This document shows, piece after piece, positions 24,442 to 35,660 of a stretch of DNA of 64,000 nucleotides; the stretch's first letter is position 1, and every line of letters starts with the position of its first letter. The notes below the pieces were generated by a model. That model had not been told where the DNA came from, did not search any database, and was given only the letters and a program-made list of their open reading frames with translations. The translations under genes were made by a program, and so were the position numbers. This stretch comes from Rebecca billardiae RCC1528 (Eukaryota; Protista; Haptophyta): assembly GCA_965240325.2 (NCBI GenBank), contig OZ251223.1:3224001-3288000 (forward strand), given 5' to 3'.

Positions 24442-25836
24442 TCATGTGCACGCTCGCGCAATAGCATCGACGACGAGGAGCACACGGCCCCGCGCGTGCT
24501 CGCAGAGCCGGTAGAGCGTGGCTGAATGGCGAAGACGTTCCTCGCTCCACCCGCCACACGTGTCAGAGAAGCGGTGCGCTGCCATCTCGTGGCACTCACC
24601 GATGGCGCCATCGAGGCGGACCGCACTCGCAGGTGCTGCTGCCACTGCGCCATGGGGGGCGACGACCAGCTCACGCGCCTCTGCCTCGGGCAGGCCGTAA
24701 GCACGCGCGATGGACAGCGCGAGCTCATCCGCCTGCTGTGCCGCGCGTACGCGCGCAACGAGCGCCTCGCCATCGCGTGCGTCGCGGGTGCGCGCGAACC
24801 GCTCAGCCAACATGCGCAGAGGGAGGACGCGGCTGTCGATGGCCGACGCGTGCGCCAGGGCGTCCGTCGGCGGAAGGGTGAGCACAGAGGCCGCTGGCGC
24901 GGCATCGGGAGTGGCGCTTGCGCCCTCGAAATCCCCGACCATCCGCTTGTACGACATCGCGGTGTCGCCAAACTGCTGCACATGCGACAGGTTGGTCTCA
25001 GCCCTGGTGCGCACAACCTGCGCGTGCAGAGTCTCGCGCATGGCGCCACGCCGCTCGGCGTAGCGCATCCACGAGACGGAGAACAGATCGCCGAGGCACG
25101 TGCCGACGTGAACGCCGGCGACCACGTCGTACGGCGGGCAGTACGTGCCCCACGACGACTCGCTTGCGTTCGCAGCCGTGACCGCGTACACAGGCAGGCC
25201 CTTGGGCAGCAGCCCCTCGAACATCGACCCACTCTCGCACGTCTCGAGGTAGAACACGAGCTCGGCGAAGAGGCCGCGTGCGTGCGCGTGGACGAGGGCT
25301 GTGGTTAGCTTGCGCGCATGGAGCACACGCATGTCAGGAAATGCGATGAGTCCGACCGCGCCGTGGTCCACGAAGTAGACGAAGACGTTGTCATCCGCTG
25401 TGCTGTTCAGCACGCGCCGGCCGCCAGCAGCGGCCGCATCCCCCGTAAGCACCGCGAGGAAGTTTTGGGGGTTGACCTCGGCTCCAGTGTAGTCTTTGTG
25501 GCAATCAGTGTAGACATCCTCGCCCGCCGGATGGTTGAAGAGCTGGCCGGGAAATGGGTTCTCGCGTGCGTGCGCGACGTCGTCGGCGAGCATCGTGATC
25601 ACGCGCTCGCGCGGGAGGCCGTGCTCACGCAGCAAGCGACATGCGTGACACACGTCGGCCTGGTGGCGGTAATTGATGAAGTCCTTCGAGCCGGCGATCA
25701 CCACAGCCCAGTGCTCCTTCGCCGCCTGTGCTTGCCCAAGAAAACCAAGGGCCACAAGGGCCACCGCCGATACCGACCGAAGCCCAGCTGTACTGCAGCG
25801 CGATGCGGCCGCCGCGCGCGCGATCGCGGCCGCCAT
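24442..25836 (-). CDS. LGMN: Legumain / vacuolar processing enzyme (peptidase C13)
   Basis: WAVVIAGS..NYRHQADVCHA, catalytic DHG and ETCESGSM, CLGDLFSVSW; N-terminal signal-like hydrophobic stretch. ATG chosen at 25836. Confidence 0.93.
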   Translation of the reverse strand: MAAAIARAAAASRCSTAGLRSVSAVALVALGFLGQAQAAKEHWAVVIAGSKDFINYRHQADVCHACRLLREHGLPRERVITMLADDVAHARENPFPGQLFNHPAGEDVYTDCHKDYTGAEVNPQNFLAVLTGDAAAAGGRRVLNSTADDNVFVYFVDHGAVGLIAFPDMRVLHARKLTTALVHAHARGLFAELVFYLETCESGSMFEGLLPKGLPVYAVTAANASESSWGTYCPPYDVVAGVHVGTCLGDLFSVSWMRYAERRGAMRETLHAQVVRTRAETNLSHVQQFGDTAMSYKRMVGDFEGASATPDAAPAASVLTLPPTDALAHASAIDSRVLPLRMLAERFARTRDARDGEALVARVRAAQQADELALSIARAYGLPEAEARELVVAPHGAVAAAPASAVRLDGAIGECHEMAAHRFSDTCGGWSEERLRHSATLYRLCEHARGRVLLVVDAIARACT

Positions 25837-25875
25837 CGCGACTGATCCCCCCGAGTAGTTGTGTTTGTAGTAGTA

Positions 25876-26480
25876 TGGAGCGTTCGTTGGAACTTGACGC
25901 CGGTTTGGCGCCCGCGCGGCGAGGGCGACGACGGGCGTACACGGGGCCCGCGGCGGCGGGAAGCGCGCGGGCGCGGCCGAGAACGGCACGGTCCGGACGC
26001 CTCTCGCCAGCCGCGGACGCGCACCGCGCCTCCTCCTCGCACGCTGCTAACTTGATCCGGGTTAAACGGTGGTTATGCTGCCGACCAGCTCAAGTTCCAC
26101 GGCTGGTCAAGGTTCGGCTTGCGACCTCGCCGCTGGTGCTAGCAAGAAGGTACACGAGCTGGTCGAACTCCCACGCACCCGCTCTGCGCTCGTCGACGCC
26201 CTCTGAAGGTGACTTGGGGTGCATGCGGGGCAGTGGAATGCAGTGGTTCGGCGTTGCCTCTCAGTCGTCCAGCGCGCAGGCCATGTGGCGCGGGTGTGGT
26301 GCGCGCATGGCCCGGTAATTCGGTCGCGGCATGTCTGTCTGGGCTGCCCAAGGCCTGCCGCACCGCGAAGCGAGCGCTCAGGAGCGTGTGCCGACCGTGC
26401 CAGCCCCGCCGAGATGGGGCACTTCGCTGGGAAATGCGGTGTCAAGTTCCAAGCCCCGCCAAGTTCCAACGAGCGCTCCA
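25876..26480. mobile_element. MITE with ~22-bp TIRs and TA flanks
   Basis: TA|TGGAGCGTTCGTTGGAACTTG ... CAAGTTCCAACGAGCGCTCCA|TA, with internal CAAGTTCCA repeats. Confidence 0.72.
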
Positions 26481-26820
26481 TAGCACTTTAGTATGGGGGT
26501 ACCTACGACCGGGAGCAGTACTTACCGCCGCAAGTACGACGACGGCGTCCCACTCAAGTTGTGATAGAATCAGCATTGTCAGGAATACGTCGAATTAGCG
26601 CGAACTTGAAAAGAATACCTAACGTTGATTACCGATCGTTAGACCAGTACCCCCATACCCGGAAAGCGGGTTCGATCGACGCCAGAGCTGCAGCTGGCGA
26701 GCGGCCTGGCGCGGAAGGCAATTGGCATTGGCAAAGCCGGCCGTCTTCCGGCTGGACCTGAACAAGTGGGACGTCCCTGCTGGAGCTGGGAAGCGGCCGA
26801 GCAGGCCGCCGCGGCGCGCT

Positions 26821-29800
26821 ATGCCGTGGCACGTGGGTGGCATGCTCACCGCCCGCGTGAACCTCCTCGTCGTCACCGACCCAGGGCCCGATCCCGATGA
26901 CGTCAAGGCAGCCCTTGTGGCGGCGATGCTGCACAACGCCCGTAAGAGCGGCGTCCGGCTGCGAGGTCTCGTGGCGAATGGGGGCCATCAGCCGCGCGAG
27001 CGAGCGCGGCTTGCGCGAGCCCTCCTCGACCATGTCGGTGCGGGAGACGTGCCCGTCGGGTTCGGTTCGATGGGCAAGCCGCACACCGCCCAGCCGCACG
27101 AGTTCTCGCTGGCGGGGTACGATGCGGTGGATGACAGCCGCCTCCTGAGCGGCGCCGAGCTCATCAGGCGCGCGCTGCGCACGGCACCAAGGCAAAGCCT
27201 CACTGTTGTGCTCATCTCGGGGATGACGGACTTCGCCGACGCGATCCGCGAGGCGCCTGATCTTGTGGTGCGCAAGGTCGCGCACGTGTGCATCCAGGGT
27301 GGCCTCGAGCTGGCTGACTCGAGCCCGCTGGGCCGACGGCTGAGCGGCGTGGGCGCTGCGTACGCGCTCGACACGAGCGTGAACAACCAGTTCGACCCAG
27401 AGTCCGCTGCGCAGGTGTACAGCTTTTGCTTCGAGCGCGGCGTGCGCATGTCCGTCGTCTCGCGCAACGCTGTGCCGCTGCTGCCCATGCAGCTCGCCAA
27501 GTCTTTCGCGATGCGCAGCCGCTGCCCGGTGATGGCGTACCTGAATGCGGCGCAGTCCAAGGGGCTCGAGGGGCTGTGGCGCAAGCTGTGCGCGGGCATA
27601 CTGCCGCCACGCTGTACCAAGCAGTGGTACTTCGAGACGTTCTGCGGCGTCGGCCCCGCGGACTTTGCCACGCGCGGGTACGAGCGGCTGGACGCGGACA
27701 CGGACATTGCACAGCACCTGAACGGCTTCGTCAAACCGTGTGCGCTGCGACGGCCACGCGGCGGGGCGCGGTGTGGCGCTGCGCGCCGGCCCACGGCGCT
27801 GACGGCCTCGCTGCTGCGCGCCCTCGCCCCGCGGCGCGTGCCTCCACGCGCGCCTTGCTCCCGACCGCGCGCGCGGCAGGTACGACGTGGTGGCGCTCAT
27901 GATGGCGCTGCCGCAGGCGGCGCGCGTCGTGCCCCGCGGCGCACACGTCGTCGTGCAGGCGGACGCAGAGGGCGGGCACCGGCTGGTCACGCACCGGCTG
28001 CTACTCGAGAAGCAGCACGCTATTCCCATCCAGCCGGTGCTGCAGCTCCTGCGCGCGACGTACCACGACGTCGTTCTCGCCACGGCCTCCCGCGCCACAG
28101 GCGCCCACCTCGGTCGCAGGGCGGCGCGCGCTCTCGGGCTCAGGCGCTGGTCCAACCTCGAGCTGGAGGAGGCCGTGTCCGAGCCGACGACGGGCGGCAG
28201 CCAGGCGGAGACCGCCTCTGCGGGCCGCTTCCCCTGGCTCGGCGGTCTGCGGGGGTCCTCTGAGTACAGCCCGTCCGCGGAGGCGGGCGTGGACGTGCCC
28301 GGCCGCTCGTTCTCGTCCGCCGTGCAGCGCGGCGCGGACGGGCTGTTGTCGGCGCACGCGCTGTCACAGCTGTGCCAGGACGCGTTCGAGGACGCGCGGA
28401 GTGCGCTGTCGAGCCCGCTCCTCATCATGGGCTTGCTCGCGACCCTTGCGTTCCTGCTGAGCTTCGCCGCGCAGATCTTTGTTATGAGTTTCCGCGCGTT
28501 TGTCCGGCCGCCGCCCGCGTTGGCGCCGGTGATGCGCACGCTGAACGGCGTGCTCACGCGGGCGGCAGCGGTGGGCTTCACCCTCGCGTTCGTCTGCGGC
28601 GGCGTCGCTCTGCAGCCGTCGCGCAGCCACCGCAGCGGCGTGCTCGCGCTCACCTCCGCCATGCTGGTCTTCTCGGGCTACTTCACGTACTTCATGACCA
28701 ACTACGCGATCGGCTTTTGGGGCTTCCGCGAGGCTGTGGGAGGCGGCTTTGACATTTGCCCGGCCGCGCGGGTCGACAGGGGCCTCACCGCACTGGTCGG
28801 GGCGACCCAGTTGCTCCTTGCTTGCGTGTCGGCGGCGCCGCTGCTGCTGCTGAGCGTCGAGCTGCTCGCGCAGCCGCCGCGGTCGCGCGAGCTGCTCCGC
28901 CTGACGTGGACCTGCTTTGGCGCGCGCTCGCTCGTCGCCGGGCTGATCAACGCACTCGTGCTGATCCGTTGTGCCTCCTACTCCGACTTTGAGGGCAGCG
29001 CGGCCTTCCCCATGGGCTGGGTGCTCTGCGCTGTCCAGTGGGGCGCGGCCGTGCTCATGCTGTGGCCGGGCACGCTCTCGACGCGCGAGCGCTTGCAGCT
29101 GAGGCTCGCGACGATGCGCGCAAGCGCCTCCGACATCGCCCCACTCGCCGCGCTGCTTGGGCTCTCCGCTGACGGCGTGCTCGCGCCGCGCCGTGCGGTG
29201 CGCATCGCCCTTGGTCTCTTCGACGCGCCCGAGCTCGGGCCTGACGCGCGCTGCGTGCTCGAGTCCAGGGCGGCGCGTGCGATGGTGGTGGTGGCGACGG
29301 CGGGCGAGGGCAGCGCTCGTGGCGCGGAGGCTGATCTCGAGCTCGCCGTGATCGATCCGATCGAGCCCGCCCCCCACGCCAGCCCAGCTGCGGCGATCGC
29401 ACCTGAGCTCTCGTGGCCGGCCCCTGAGGGCAGCTTCATGCGCGGCGCGGGGCTGCACAGCGAGGTGCGTGCCGAGGCGAGGGTGGGCAAGGCGGCTGCC
29501 TCCCCCGCAGGCGTGCTCAACGCCGAGAGCAAGGAGAGTGGCCGCGCCGCTGCCGACGACCGGCTGCTCCCGACCGCCGACGCGTATGTCGTGCACGCTG
29601 CCGCGGACGACTTTGCTGCTCGCGCGCGCGCGCTCAACCGCTGGGCGGCCGCGTTCGCGAGCGAGCACGGGCGGTCGCCGCGTGTCTGGGTGCAGTGGGA
29701 GCACGCAGACCCGGGCCTCACCCCGGAGGAGAGGCTCGCTCACCTGCCCACGTACCTGGGGCGCTCCCGCCGGCTGCTCCTGCTCGCGGGGCCGCGGCTC

Positions 29801-30145
29801 GCGCTCGAGCTCGAGTGCGCTGTGGCCATGTACGTGTGGCGCGCGACGGGCGGCACGCTCGACGCGGTGGACGTGGTGCCAACGGCCAGCTCGCAGCAGG
29901 AGCACACCGCGGCCGTCGCGTCATTCGACACGTTTGCGGTACTCTTCTCGGCCATGCCGCCGCCCGGTGGCGCGCGGGACCGACTCGTGCGCTGCGTGCA
30001 GCTCGCCACGCCACATCGCTTCAACGAGGTCGTTCGCGCGTACCTGCCCGTGGTCCGAGATGCGTGGGCGGAGCGCGGACTGCACGAAGACGAGGGCGTG
30101 GGTGACGACGTGACGCTGACGGAACGGACTGATCATGATTCATGA
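26821..30145 (+). CDS. Fusion protein: nucleoside-hydrolase-like domain + ~6 TM helices + degenerate TIR-like domain (predicted intron 27738-27879)
   Basis: LLVVTDPGPDPDD resembles the IU-nucleoside hydrolase Asp-rich motif; also ISGMTDFA, IQGG, NNQFDPESA and spliced KPYDVVAL. About six hydrophobic helices lie at ~28420-29065. The C-terminal DAYVVHAAADD...PRVWV...LAHLPTYLGRSRRLLLLAGP has a TIR-like pattern. Confidence 0.75.
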
Positions 30146-30294
30146 CCGCACGCCTGAGACGTGGCTCGTGACGGCACTCCTCACTGGCCTGAGACGCGGC
30201 TCGGAGAGTCGGACAGTAGACGGTCAGACTCAGTAGACGAGTCGTCAGTAGACTCAGTAGTTAACTACAAACTAGTAGACGATCGGCTCGGAGT

Positions 30295-30296
<2 letters not shown>

Positions 30297-30355
<59 letters not shown>
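30297..30355. repeat. (CT)n microsatellite
   Basis: Perfect CT run, degenerate to ~30410. Confidence 0.97.
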
Positions 30356-30356
<1 letters not shown>

Positions 30357-31131
30357 ACTCTCAGTCTCTGGCAACTACTCTCACTCTCTCTCGTCAGTCT
30401 CTCTCTCTCACTGTCAGTCCGTAGATGATTCACGCGTCTGCATCACTTATTCACCGGCTCGGACTGCTCGTCTGCAAACTAAGCTAAGCTATGATGATCC
30501 GATGCAGATCGCCCCCCCCCCCCCCAGAAGGCTGACCACTGAGCGTTCCGAGCGAAAGCCCGGGGCGGGGCGGCGCACCAAAAGGACAGTTCGACAGGAT
30601 TTTATAATGAGGTCGAGGACTTGCTTGGTATAGGTGGATTTAGGTGTGAAAAGCTGCGCGCATGTGAGTACGTACTGCGTATAGTTATCCCTCCGCGTGA
30701 ATAGATTTTTGCAGCTTCGGTCCTTCGCGTTTGTCCACAGCTGGCGCAACGCCATCACTAGTTATTAGTATCACTACCGATCAGCTGCCTGACTGACCGC
30801 TGCTGGGCCTGCAGGGAGTGCCGTAAGCTAGTGGACGTGTGCGTGGTACGCCGTACGACGCGCAATGGTGAATGGGCCATGGGGCTCATCACTATCAGCC
30901 TGCGGCGCAGCAGTCTCGGCCGGGTTATTAGCTTAGCTATGCTACGCGGCTAGTATAAAGTTACCCAGTTATTTGCGTCGTGAGAATTCAGATCAGAATT
31001 CTCAATTATATTCATCCGACAGTAAATCACATTCCGACAGCTGCTGCGATTTACAGCATTTCTTTTATCCTCCCTTTTTTCGCGGCTACTGCCGACTGCC
31101 GCGCGCCCACGTCACCACGTGGTACGCTCGG

Positions 31132-32343
31132 ATGGCCGGCCACAAGCGCGGCGCGCGCGATGCGGTGGAGGCGAGCGGCCGGAGGAACGACTCAGACGAT
31201 TCAGAAGAGGAGATCGAGATCGAGCTGGATGGCTCACTCATCGAGCTCGACTGCGGCTTCCTTGCCCGTGCGTGGGACGGCATGATTGACGATGCACGCA
31301 TGCGCACCCTGGAGGAGGAGGCGCGGATGCTGCCATCGGACACCACCTTCTGGACAACGCCGGATCGTGAGCCGAGCTCTGCGCTAGAGGCGTACGCGCT
31401 CGACGTGTGGCGTTTTCACATGGGCGCAGGCGCCTGCCCGCAGCTGTGCGACCCGCAACGAAGCGGGGTGGAGTTTTGGGTGCAGCGCAGGTCGAGCAGA
31501 CAGGCCCGTGCCGCGCGCGCCATCAATTGGCACTTTGACAAGGACGAGCGGCTGCGCGAGGATCACGGCGTGTTCGTCCACCCCTATCTGTCGACGGTCA
31601 CCTACACGTCGGACCTGAACGGCGCGCCCACGGTCGTCCTGCCTGTGCGGATTTCGTTCGACGGCCAGCAGCCCACGCCAGCACCATCTGGAGTGCCGAC
31701 CACGGGGCGCGGCGTTGTCAGCTTTCCGAAGCGCGGACGCCACCTTGCGTTCAATGGGCGGCTGCTGCATGGCTGCCCAGTCGAGCTTGCGCACGAGCCC
31801 CGCGGCGCATACGAGCGCATGACCATCCTCGTGAACGTGTGGGTGAATCACCGGCCTCGAGATGTGGAGGTGGCGCAGCCGCGGGACCAAGGGCACGGCG
31901 GCGGCAGTCGCGGCCCGGTTGGAGCCAAGCGCGCGCGCGCGCACGCCGCAGAGGCGAACCACGTTGAGCAGTGGCGTGCGCTCACCCTCGAGGGTGCCGC
32001 GCGAGTGCCAATGCACAGCCTCGCTGCGACGAGCAGGGCTGACAGCCGGGCTTTCGCCTGCCCTGTCGGCGATGTTGCCGAGGCGACCGTCGCACTGCCG
32101 GCAAGATCGCTCAAGCGGGTCGTGCGCTCAGCTGTGCGGGCTGTCACTGGCACTTCTCGGGCGAGCCCAGGCAGACATGCCGCGCGCCAGCCGCAGGCGA
32201 AAGACACGCCCGAGCTGAGCTCGCTGGCCGCGGAGATTGAGTGCGAGGTGTGTATGTTGGAGAGCCCCCCATGCGCAAATGATGACGACGACGACGATGG
32301 CGACACCGTCGACGATGGGGATCCGCGGTCATCTGATCTCTGA
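31132..32343 (+). CDS. Putative 2OG-Fe(II) oxygenase superfamily protein
   Basis: GVEFWVQ, WHFDKDE (HxD), LSTVTY, FNGRLLHG (distal His) and RMTILVNVW (2OG-binding Arg). Confidence 0.7.
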   Translation: MAGHKRGARDAVEASGRRNDSDDSEEEIEIELDGSLIELDCGFLARAWDGMIDDARMRTLEEEARMLPSDTTFWTTPDREPSSALEAYALDVWRFHMGAGACPQLCDPQRSGVEFWVQRRSSRQARAARAINWHFDKDERLREDHGVFVHPYLSTVTYTSDLNGAPTVVLPVRISFDGQQPTPAPSGVPTTGRGVVSFPKRGRHLAFNGRLLHGCPVELAHEPRGAYERMTILVNVWVNHRPRDVEVAQPRDQGHGGGSRGPVGAKRARAHAAEANHVEQWRALTLEGAARVPMHSLAATSRADSRAFACPVGDVAEATVALPARSLKRVVRSAVRAVTGTSRASPGRHAARQPQAKDTPELSSLAAEIECEVCMLESPPCANDDDDDDGDTVDDGDPRSSDL

Positions 32344-32757
32344 TGATGTCTGATGATTATGATTCCACCGTAGTAGCTCAACAATGACGTACTGTAGCCA
32401 TCTGCAAGACGAGCCTGGCCATCCCGCGGGCATCCGTGACCACTGTGTCCACTGTCGTTATCGGACAATCTACTAGCAGCGTTCATTTATTACAATAAGT
32501 TCTTGACGACGACGGTCCGTTGGCCGGACCCTCCGTCGGGACTCCGTGATAACGAGTACTCCGAGTATAACTACCGCCTGTGTCTTTAAATCATAGAATT
32601 AGTACGGTACGAGCAGGCGTGCAGCATAAATTAAATACTGTTGAGAGTGTTGAGTAGTGCTGTCAGACGGTCCTCCGGCGGCAACAAACCCTGCCGCCGG
32701 CTTTGATCGAGGCCGACACGCCACACTATGGGGCCCACATCACCTGAGGGCCAGGCC

Positions 32758-32860
32758 TTATTTCAAAAAACGTTATTTCAAAAAACGAAAATAACATGAA
32801 AGTGGTTCAAAATAGCCAAAATAGGACCATTTCCGTGTTAATTTCGTTTATTTTTGAAAT
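32758..32860. repeat. AT-rich tandem duplication plus imperfect inverted repeat
   Basis: TTATTTCAAAAAACG occurs twice; 32775-32806 pairs imperfectly with 32826-32860. Confidence 0.7.
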
Positions 32861-33542
32861 CCGATTCGCATGCCGAGCTGGCTAAGCACAGTTTATGAGT
32901 ACGGCTCGGGAGTAGCTAGGGTCCCAGTAGAAGTTCTATAAAAGATTTCGAGTTTTGGCATGCCGCGTATAGCCTACTATAGGGCACCGGGGACGCTGCG
33001 CACGCGCGGTGACTTCCGTAGGGCCCCAAGCAGACTGTTCAAGCCACATACACAGGCCAAGTCCATATCGCTGACCTCGGTGTAGACCGTAGCGTACGCA
33101 CAGGGCGTTCCCTGCCGCCATGGGGCCATGCGCACCTCGCCCGAATGCTGCCCGTCGCGGCTTCTCTGGCCCCACGGGCTGCCCATGGAGTGCCGCCGAC
33201 ATCCGCGAGTAGGTGCACACCTCCAAAACGGCCTCGGCGCACGGTTCAAACGACTGGACGCACGTGCGCACGTCCGCCCCCGTACGCCCTGACCATCTGG
33301 GCGGCCAGTGGCGCACATACCATGCAGCGCATCCACCGCGTCTGCAGCTCGCCAGCCGACCCGCACGTGTGCACGCTGGTCCACGGCTGGAGCGTGAGGA
33401 GAGACGCGACGAGCTCATCAGAGGGCGGGGCAGGAGGCCGGCGCGCGTGCTTCGACCACCCGTCATGCGCTCCGGACCGTGCCGTACGCGGTCGGCGTGC
33501 ACGAGCCTCGACTCGGCGCGCGCACGCGGCAGCCATGGCTGT

Positions 33543-33684
33543 TACAGTTTACTAAGAATAAGAGACGCACACAGCTCAGGCAGGCGAGATTGACGCCCGC
33601 CAACTGTCACCGCCCATGAAGCCGTCGCCGATGGTAGCGCCGCCGGAAAAATTCGTTCAGCCGTCCGCCTGCGAGGCCTGGATG
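33543..33684 (+). repeat. Dispersed repeat / element end (TA-CAGTTTACTA...), inverted copy at 39740-39889
   Basis: ~140-bp near-identical reverse-complement match with a few short indels. Confidence 0.85.
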
Positions 33685-34140
33685 CGGGCTGCGGCCGCCA
33701 CGCGGCGCGCTAGCGCCCGTCGTCCTCTGTTGTCCACAAAACGTCGTCGTCCGAACTCGCCGACTGGGCGCCGATGCGACAGCGCGCCGACAGGATGAGG
33801 ATGTAGTAGGGAATGTAGAGCCCCACTGTCGGTTGGGGAAGGTGTGTATCAAGCGGCATGACTGGTACGTCGCGTCCCGCCGGTCCGGGCGATTTCCTGC
33901 CGTGCCACCTTAAATCATAGAATAATGAGTTACTGTAGGTGAGTAGCCCGTACGTACTAGCCGATCCACCTGCAGAGCCGACGTAGCCGACACGCTCACA
34001 GCCTCACAGTGCGTGAGCGACGAGATTCCCGGCGGAAGCCGCGCGATCCGTCTCCTTCGCCGCGGCGGGCGCGGCCATCGAGCGCGTCGCCTAGTCTGAG
34101 GGTGCGGCGCGGCGGTCGTCGTCGATCAGCTCTCGTCCGC

Positions 34141-35226
34141 ATGGTTCCCGGTGCCGTCGTCGTGGTCGTGCTCATCTCTGCGCTCACGGGGGGCACTGGG
34201 AAACGCTCTTCGGATGGTGTCCCGCCCTCACTCTCGCGCAAGCATGGCCTACCCTGTGACATGTTCTCTGACTCGCCCGTCAACCTCAACGCGACAATTG
34301 CCGTGATGACAGCAGCGGTGCCACCGTATGCGCTGTGCACACGCAACAAGAATCTCGTGGACACTTTCGTGCGCGTGCATGGGAAGTGGCGCGACTGCGA
34401 CGTACTGCCGCGGCTACTTGATCTCGCTGCCGAGACGAAACCGCGCCGGGTCTTCGTCGATGTCGGTGCCAATATCGGTGCGTGCTCAATGCTCATGGCA
34501 GCGCGAGGCGGCATCCGTGTCGTGAGCTTTGAGCCCGAGCCCGACAACTACTACGCGTTGAAAGCGGCCATGGTGGCCAACGATTTTGGCCCAGGCGTGG
34601 ACATGCGCCTGGTCAACGCTGGCGCTTCTGACGCCAGCGCGACCGCAAACATTTACGTGGATCGAATCAATTCTGGCAACTCAATCGTGCGCATGCAGGG
34701 CGAGCCTGCCCCCACACAGCCAGCGCTTGGATCAAACGGTAAGGGGTTCGTACCGCGTGGAACGTCGTCCCAGATCGCGCTCACGACCCTTGACGAAGAA
34801 ATCCACGAGCACGTGCACCTGCTCAAGCTGGACTGCCAGGGATGCGAGTTGCACGCGCTGCGCGGTGCGCGCATGCTCATGCGCACGCATGGCATCGACA
34901 TCATCAAGTTCGAGTTCGCGCCCCACTTCGTGCAGGCGTTTGCCGGTGGAGACGGAACGAGCGCCGAGCAGCTGCTGTACTTGCTCATGGACAACGACTA
35001 CACCCTGTACCGCTGCGGGAAGGGGATGGGCCGCCTGCATCGCAACCAAGTGCGTCCACTCATAGAGCACCTTGCGGGCGACACGAGATTGGAACAGAAG
35101 GACAATGTGCGCAGACCGTCCCGCAATGGCCGTGGCGCACTATACACCGACCTCTATGCTGTCCATGCGCGCCTCGCCTTGTCTGAGATGCGCGTTCTGG
35201 CGGCTCTTGCGCCAAATGTATGCTGA
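34141..35226 (+). CDS. FkbM-family SAM-dependent methyltransferase with N-terminal hydrophobic anchor
   Basis: FVDVGANIG, FEPEPDN and LLKLDCQGCELHALRGA motifs. Confidence 0.88.
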   Translation: MVPGAVVVVVLISALTGGTGKRSSDGVPPSLSRKHGLPCDMFSDSPVNLNATIAVMTAAVPPYALCTRNKNLVDTFVRVHGKWRDCDVLPRLLDLAAETKPRRVFVDVGANIGACSMLMAARGGIRVVSFEPEPDNYYALKAAMVANDFGPGVDMRLVNAGASDASATANIYVDRINSGNSIVRMQGEPAPTQPALGSNGKGFVPRGTSSQIALTTLDEEIHEHVHLLKLDCQGCELHALRGARMLMRTHGIDIIKFEFAPHFVQAFAGGDGTSAEQLLYLLMDNDYTLYRCGKGMGRLHRNQVRPLIEHLAGDTRLEQKDNVRRPSRNGRGALYTDLYAVHARLALSEMRVLAALAPNVC

Positions 35227-35439
35227 TGTGATATGGTGATGCGTCATATTCGCGAGACAGCTGTGACACTGCTCAGGAGTCTGCCTGAGACACTGAGGGC
35301 ACTCACAGTAGCTAGCTACGTACCGGTAATGGGCGGTATATTCACGGTAGAAAGTCATCATCAGCATCGTCAATTGGCGGATTTTATTGGGCCGGACCGC
35401 GGACTACGAATGATATGCCATCACACTCCGGCCTACTAA

Positions 35440-35484
35440 ACTACAGTTTACTATGATTTAACGTGCACACTTGGTTAAGGCGTG
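35440..35484 (+). repeat. 45-bp dispersed repeat ACTACAGTTTACTATGATTTAACGTGCACACTTGGTTAAGGCGTG, copy at 51807-51851
   Basis: 1 mismatch in 45 bp. Confidence 0.85.
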
Positions 35485-35593
35485 ATTAACGCCATCCAAC
35501 GACACTGCACAAAGACACCGTCACAAAACAGACCGGCGCAGGGGGGCTCTGAGGCTGCCCTACTCTGCTACTGCTATAAAAATGATGATGAGT

Positions 35594-35660
35594 AGAGAGA
35601 GAGCTAGAGAGAGAGAGAGAGACTAGAGCTAGAGAGAGTGAGAGCAGAGAGAGAGAGAGA
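35594..35660. repeat. Degenerate (GA)n microsatellite
   Basis: GAGAGA runs interrupted by CTAG/GTGA. Confidence 0.85.

Noticed and set aside
32936-33540. Several overlapping 130-190-aa ORFs
   Set aside because: No coding-like composition or motifs; the region lies among repeat ends.
35465-35484. TTGGTTAAGGCGTG resembling a tRNA D-arm (also at 51838)
   Set aside because: No anticodon arm, T-arm or acceptor stem follows, so it is not called a tRNA.
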